Of a stretch of DNA of 64,000 nucleotides, positions 60,602 through 64,000 are shown in pieces. Under the pieces are notes generated by a model, which worked only from the letters and a program-made list of their open reading frames with translations, was not told the DNA's origin and searched no databases. Both the position numbers and the translations under genes were made by a program. Source of the DNA: an uncultured Candidatus Saccharibacteria bacterium (GTDB lineage Bacteria; Patescibacteriota; Saccharimonadia; Saccharimonadales; JAGQNJ01). How positions within the stretch are numbered: the stretch's first letter is position 1; each line of letters opens with the position of its first letter. The stretch is from assembly GCA_964493895.1 (NCBI GenBank), contig CAZBPY010000003.1:15176-79175 (forward strand), written 5' to 3'.

Positions 60602-61666
60602 CTACTCAGCGATTACGCCGATTTTGAATTGTTCTAGTTGACTAGCGGCGCTGGAGCTGTGCGGTGTGCCGCTGCCAATTGATCGGCCGTCAGCATCTTG
60701 GCGTTGGGTGAAGTGAGTGGTTGCATCTATGCCGCAGGCGCGCAAGATCTCAGATCCGCCAGGGTGGCTGGCAATAAAATCAGTGATGTCATAGACTGAA
60801 CCACGAATTATTGTCCAGCAATCCTCGGAGTTGTCATGAGTAGCTACTTCAGCAACCGTAAAAACCTCTCCCTCGATCGTCTCTGTCTCGGTCTCTGGAG
60901 CATCCTCGAATTCCTCAATCACAGTGCTGGTTTCCTCTACCGGTTGTTCGTCCTTATTGAGCTGGCCGTAGACTAACCAACCACCGCCGACCAATACGGC
61001 CATCACGACGATAATAGCTATTACTTTCTTCATTAATTTACCCTCCTTGTGGGCTTTAATTGCTTCGACTATTTGAATATACCCTATGCACACGGCTAAG
61101 ACCAAGGCATACCAAAGCCAAAGCGTTCTGTACCAACCTTGCTGTAGATTGGCACCCAATGCCAAAGCATGAGCTACAATCGCAAACATGGCAATGATTT
61201 GAGCGTACTCAATAATCGGCCACCAATTTTTTTGCTCGAACCAGCGCTTAGTCTCGAAGGCCAGAAAGGTCAGGAAAGCCAACGTCCCGAAAGTGGCTGC
61301 CCACTGCAAACTTATTCCAACATATTCCAGATAGCTCCCGGGCGGAAAACCAAGCCCCGCCAGCCAAAGACCGGCAATTAACAGAGACGGGTGCAGCAAA
61401 ATAAAAATCAACGCCGCCCAGCCAGTAACCTTAAAGTAATGTTTGAGCGGTTCCTTTTCTACCCCAGCCGCTCGCCTAATGGCTCCGACGACGTAATGAG
61501 CCCACATCAAGCTGAACGCCAACAGACCAAAGAGAGGGAAGAGCCGAAAATCAGTAAAAGTGGCTAATTCAAAACCTTCATAAACCTGCCCCCAGGCTAT
61601 GACGGCCAAAAGGCAGACCACCACACTTAAGGCCCAGGCGCTGGCGATAACCCCCCTTTGTTTCAT
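60602..61666 (-). CDS. Ferric-reductase-like TM domain fused to a cytochrome b5 heme-binding domain
   Basis: TM helices with His (WAHY, LLHP, VAHA); C-terminal EVATHD..DCWTII.G.VYDIT.F..HPGG..G.DAT..HS. Confidence 0.82.
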   Translation of the reverse strand: MKQRGVIASAWALSVVVCLLAVIAWGQVYEGFELATFTDFRLFPLFGLLAFSLMWAHYVVGAIRRAAGVEKEPLKHYFKVTGWAALIFILLHPSLLIAGLWLAGLGFPPGSYLEYVGISLQWAATFGTLAFLTFLAFETKRWFEQKNWWPIIEYAQIIAMFAIVAHALALGANLQQGWYRTLWLWYALVLAVCIGYIQIVEAIKAHKEGKLMKKVIAIIVVMAVLVGGGWLVYGQLNKDEQPVEETSTVIEEFEDAPETETETIEGEVFTVAEVATHDNSEDCWTIIRGSVYDITDFIASHPGGSEILRACGIDATTHFTQRQDADGRSIGSGTPHSSSAASQLEQFKIGVIAE

Positions 61667-61697
61667 ACGAAGCATTATACCACTAGGCTTTCTTAAC

Positions 61698-62162
61698 CTA
61701 GTCGATGTCAGCGAGTATATTCCAGTCTGTTTGGGCTTGATCGCCCATGATCACACCCAGCAACCCCTCAGCAAAGCGACCATCTTCCTTGATAGCTTCA
61801 ACGCTTGAAGGCAGTTGTAAGACGTCGAGCAAAGTGCAGCCGTGACGGCGCACATAATATTCAAGCCCGCCAAATAGCTCGTTAATGCCTGCCTCGTTAA
61901 CCTCATAATTTGTTACCGGTTTGGGGCCCCGGCGTAGTGTCTGACTTTCCACAACCTTGATAGTATCCAATAAACCTTTGTCTGCCAGAATTTTAGCTCT
62001 ACAAAGTATCAGTCCCCGCTTAACTGAATATCCTGTATCTTCAAGTTCTAGGTGCATTTCTCGCGGAGTGAATTTTGATCCCCCTCTTTGCCGCTGAGCA
62101 AAACCAAAACCCAGGACAGACAGTCCAGCCTTTTGCGTGCGCCTCCGCTTTTGCTCTGTCAT
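61698..62162 (-). CDS. Hypothetical protein, possible PadR-like winged helix
   Basis: LADKGLL..RRGPKPVTNYEVNEAG resembles the PadR wing. Confidence 0.5.
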   Translation of the reverse strand: MTEQKRRRTQKAGLSVLGFGFAQRQRGGSKFTPREMHLELEDTGYSVKRGLILCRAKILADKGLLDTIKVVESQTLRRGPKPVTNYEVNEAGINELFGGLEYYVRRHGCTLLDVLQLPSSVEAIKEDGRFAEGLLGVIMGDQAQTDWNILADID

Positions 62163-62212
62163 AATAACTAATTATGAAACTCTAGTCTGCCTGTTGCAAG
62201 CATAAGCCGATG

Positions 62213-62239
62213 AAAAAAGCACCAGCGATTGCTGATGCC
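62213..62239 (-). terminator. Intrinsic terminator after tmRNA
   Basis: GCATCAGC-AATC-GCTGGTGC-TTTTTT on the minus strand. Confidence 0.75.
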
Positions 62240-62243
62240 CTCT

Positions 62244-62632
62244 TGGTGGAGCTGCAGGGAATTGCACCCTGGTCCGCGGGATTATTCGGTTAGTCGTCTA
62301 CAGGCTTAGTTTGTTTTCGATACTTGAAGCCGGGCCTAAAAACAAACAAAATAGCACGCGACTCGCAGTCCTAAAGTCTTAAGTTGCTTTACGGATCATA
62401 AAGCAACCGCAGCCAGAAAATATGGCACGCTCTAGGCCTATCCGGCGTCAGACTAGGCGCGGCTGTAGGCAATTAAGCTACAGCTGGTGCGAAAGCTAGA
62501 GCTTTGAACGGATTCAAAGCAGCTAGGCGTTCACTAATAGATGTTTTTGCATCTAAAAAAACTGCCTATAACGCTGACAAGCGGCCTGCGGATCTAACCA
62601 ATAAAGTCCTACGTCGAGCTAAAATCAGCCCC
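62244..62632 (-). ncRNA. ssrA: tmRNA; tag (A)AKTSISERLAALNPFKALAFAPAVA* at 62550-62473
   Basis: 5' GGGGCTGA..CTCGAC; 3' CAGCTCCACCA with G3:U; T-arm; internal tag ORF ending AVA; TATAAT upstream. Confidence 0.95.
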
Positions 62633-62827
62633 ATGTACACTTATTATACCATAAGCGGTCAAGATATCATACCCTGCTCTACTTGTGACTTTGCTCACAC
62701 TCAGAGTTATGAAATGAAAGTAGGGAAGTAGCAAATTTTGGGATAGGGGAGTTTTTTAGGTTTTTTGGGCCGGCATCCCCAGTCACCAATTTCTTTAGTG
62801 TGTTATTTTTACAACAAAGGGTAGGGG

Positions 62828-63616
62828 CTAGGGGAGGGCGAGGTAGAGTTGATGCCACTGTTCTAGTGACAACTCTTGAGCCCTGGCATCTGGACTAATC
62901 CTAGCTCTGAGCAGTAAATCACCTGGGTCAATTCCCTTGTCCAAACCACTTTTCAGCGCTGACTTGAGCTTCTTTCGTCTCTGTGAAAAGCCAGCTTTGA
63001 CCAGCCTGAAGAATCTATTACTGTCAATACCCGGAAACAGTGGTTGAGGGCGGCGGCGGAGAATCAGAATCTGGGAATCAACCTTCGGGGGCGGCGTAAA
63101 TAAGTGGGCCAGGACCAGCTCGCCGGGCTCAACTTCATAAAATAACTGCAGCGCCACGGCCACGAAAGACAACTTCCCTGGCTCCGCCGCCGCCCGCTCG
63201 GCCACTTCTTTCTGGACCAGCAGCACGGCTGTCGCCGGCTTATGCTGGCTATCAATCAGTTTTCGAAACAAGTTGGCTGTCAGGTAGTAAGGAATATTTG
63301 CCACGACTTTATAGCTGTCGGGCAGTGACGACAGATCAAAAGTTCGGATATCACCCTCTTGGATCTGAAGCTGGTTGTCCCAAGTTTTAGCAAATTTTTT
63401 ATGCAAAGGTTCGATGGCATCTTGGTCAAACTCTAGTGCCAACACTTCGGCCCCCTTCTCCAGCAGCACCTCTGTCAAACTGCCGGTTCCGGGCCCAATT
63501 TCTAAAACCTGATCCCCGGCGGCCACCTCGGCGGCGTCGGCTATTGATTCCAGTGAAGCTCGGTCAGTCAGCCAGTGCTGGCCTAGCGACTTTTTAGCCC
63601 AGGGTAAGTCATTCAT
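62828..63616 (-). CDS. rsmA: 16S rRNA m6,2A dimethyltransferase
   Basis: KKSLGQHWL, EIGPGTG, ANIPY, FTPPPKVDS, FSQRRK. Confidence 0.97.
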   Translation of the reverse strand: MNDLPWAKKSLGQHWLTDRASLESIADAAEVAAGDQVLEIGPGTGSLTEVLLEKGAEVLALEFDQDAIEPLHKKFAKTWDNQLQIQEGDIRTFDLSSLPDSYKVVANIPYYLTANLFRKLIDSQHKPATAVLLVQKEVAERAAAEPGKLSFVAVALQLFYEVEPGELVLAHLFTPPPKVDSQILILRRRPQPLFPGIDSNRFFRLVKAGFSQRRKKLKSALKSGLDKGIDPGDLLLRARISPDARAQELSLEQWHQLYLALP

Positions 63617-63619
63617 GGC

Positions 63620-64000
63620 TCACCACCAGTGATTAACACTCCAAAAGCTATAGGCCTGCTGCCAGCTGCCGTAGCGGCCATTGGCATAACCAGAGAAGTG
63701 GTTCAGCTGACAAACCGGGTCAGTCTGCCAGTTTGGACAAGCACTAATCAAGATCTGAGCGTTACAACGCTGTCCTAGGCCAATACAGCGGTTAGAGCTT
63801 ACTGCCGCCGGGTTCCAACCCGACTCCCGGCCAATGATGTAATCGACATATTGGTACTGTGACGGATCGATGCCGGCAGCTCGCATCCAGTCCAATTTGC
63901 TGCCGCTGACTGAACCGCTTGGCACCTTGCTGCCCTTGGCAACAATTCGGTTGACCGGACTGACCGCCAAGACCTCGTGCAGAACAGCTCGCTGCGTCGG
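63620..64000 (-). CDS. C-terminal part of a G5 + lytic-transglycosylase-like (YabE/Rpf-like) protein; runs beyond the window
   Basis: G5 end PVNRIVAKGSK; IIGRESGWNP, GLGQ, YANGRYGSW; upstream of rsmA. Confidence 0.8.
   Translation of the reverse strand, partial: PTQRAVLHEVLAVSPVNRIVAKGSKVPSGSVSGSKLDWMRAAGIDPSQYQYVDYIIGRESGWNPAAVSSNRCIGLGQRCNAQILISACPNWQTDPVCQLNHFSGYANGRYGSWQQAYSFWSVNHWW

Noticed and set aside
62504-62731. 75-aa plus-strand ORF
   Set aside because: Antisense to tmRNA and its promoter.

Overview
Chromosomal backbone of a Candidate Phyla Radiation bacterium, most likely Saccharibacteria (TM7). The evidence is compact gene packing, short AlaRS and MetRS, no rimM between khpA and trmD, secG paired with a lone oppA, and an FtsA paralog paired with a baseplate-J-like gene. 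TGA is used as stop, so the code is standard code 11. Most genes are on the minus strand. The window holds translation, repair and envelope genes (trmD, khpA, rpsP, rnc, nusB, rpmF, leuS, murF, ligA, htpX/lemA, secG, pepP, uvrC, trhO, rplY, uvrA, sbcB, obgE, mltG, ruvX, alaS, mnmA, iscS, tatD, metG, rsmA), 8 tRNAs, tmRNA, Ni-SOD with its maturation protease, trehalase, two ABC exporters and several orphan genes. I saw no CRISPR array, integrase, transposase or prophage. The most notable unexplained signals are: a 22-bp palindrome repeated four times just after gene ends; an HNH endonuclease whose stop codon lies inside tRNA-Leu(UAA); a promoter-driven structured leader RNA ahead of an unannotated Zn-finger microprotein; an FtsA-paralog/baseplate-J/MltG/CHAP envelope cluster; a pilin-SLH fusion; a probable attenuator before the ABC exporters; and pervasive leaderless gene starts. 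All calls come from manual motif reading and no database searches were run.
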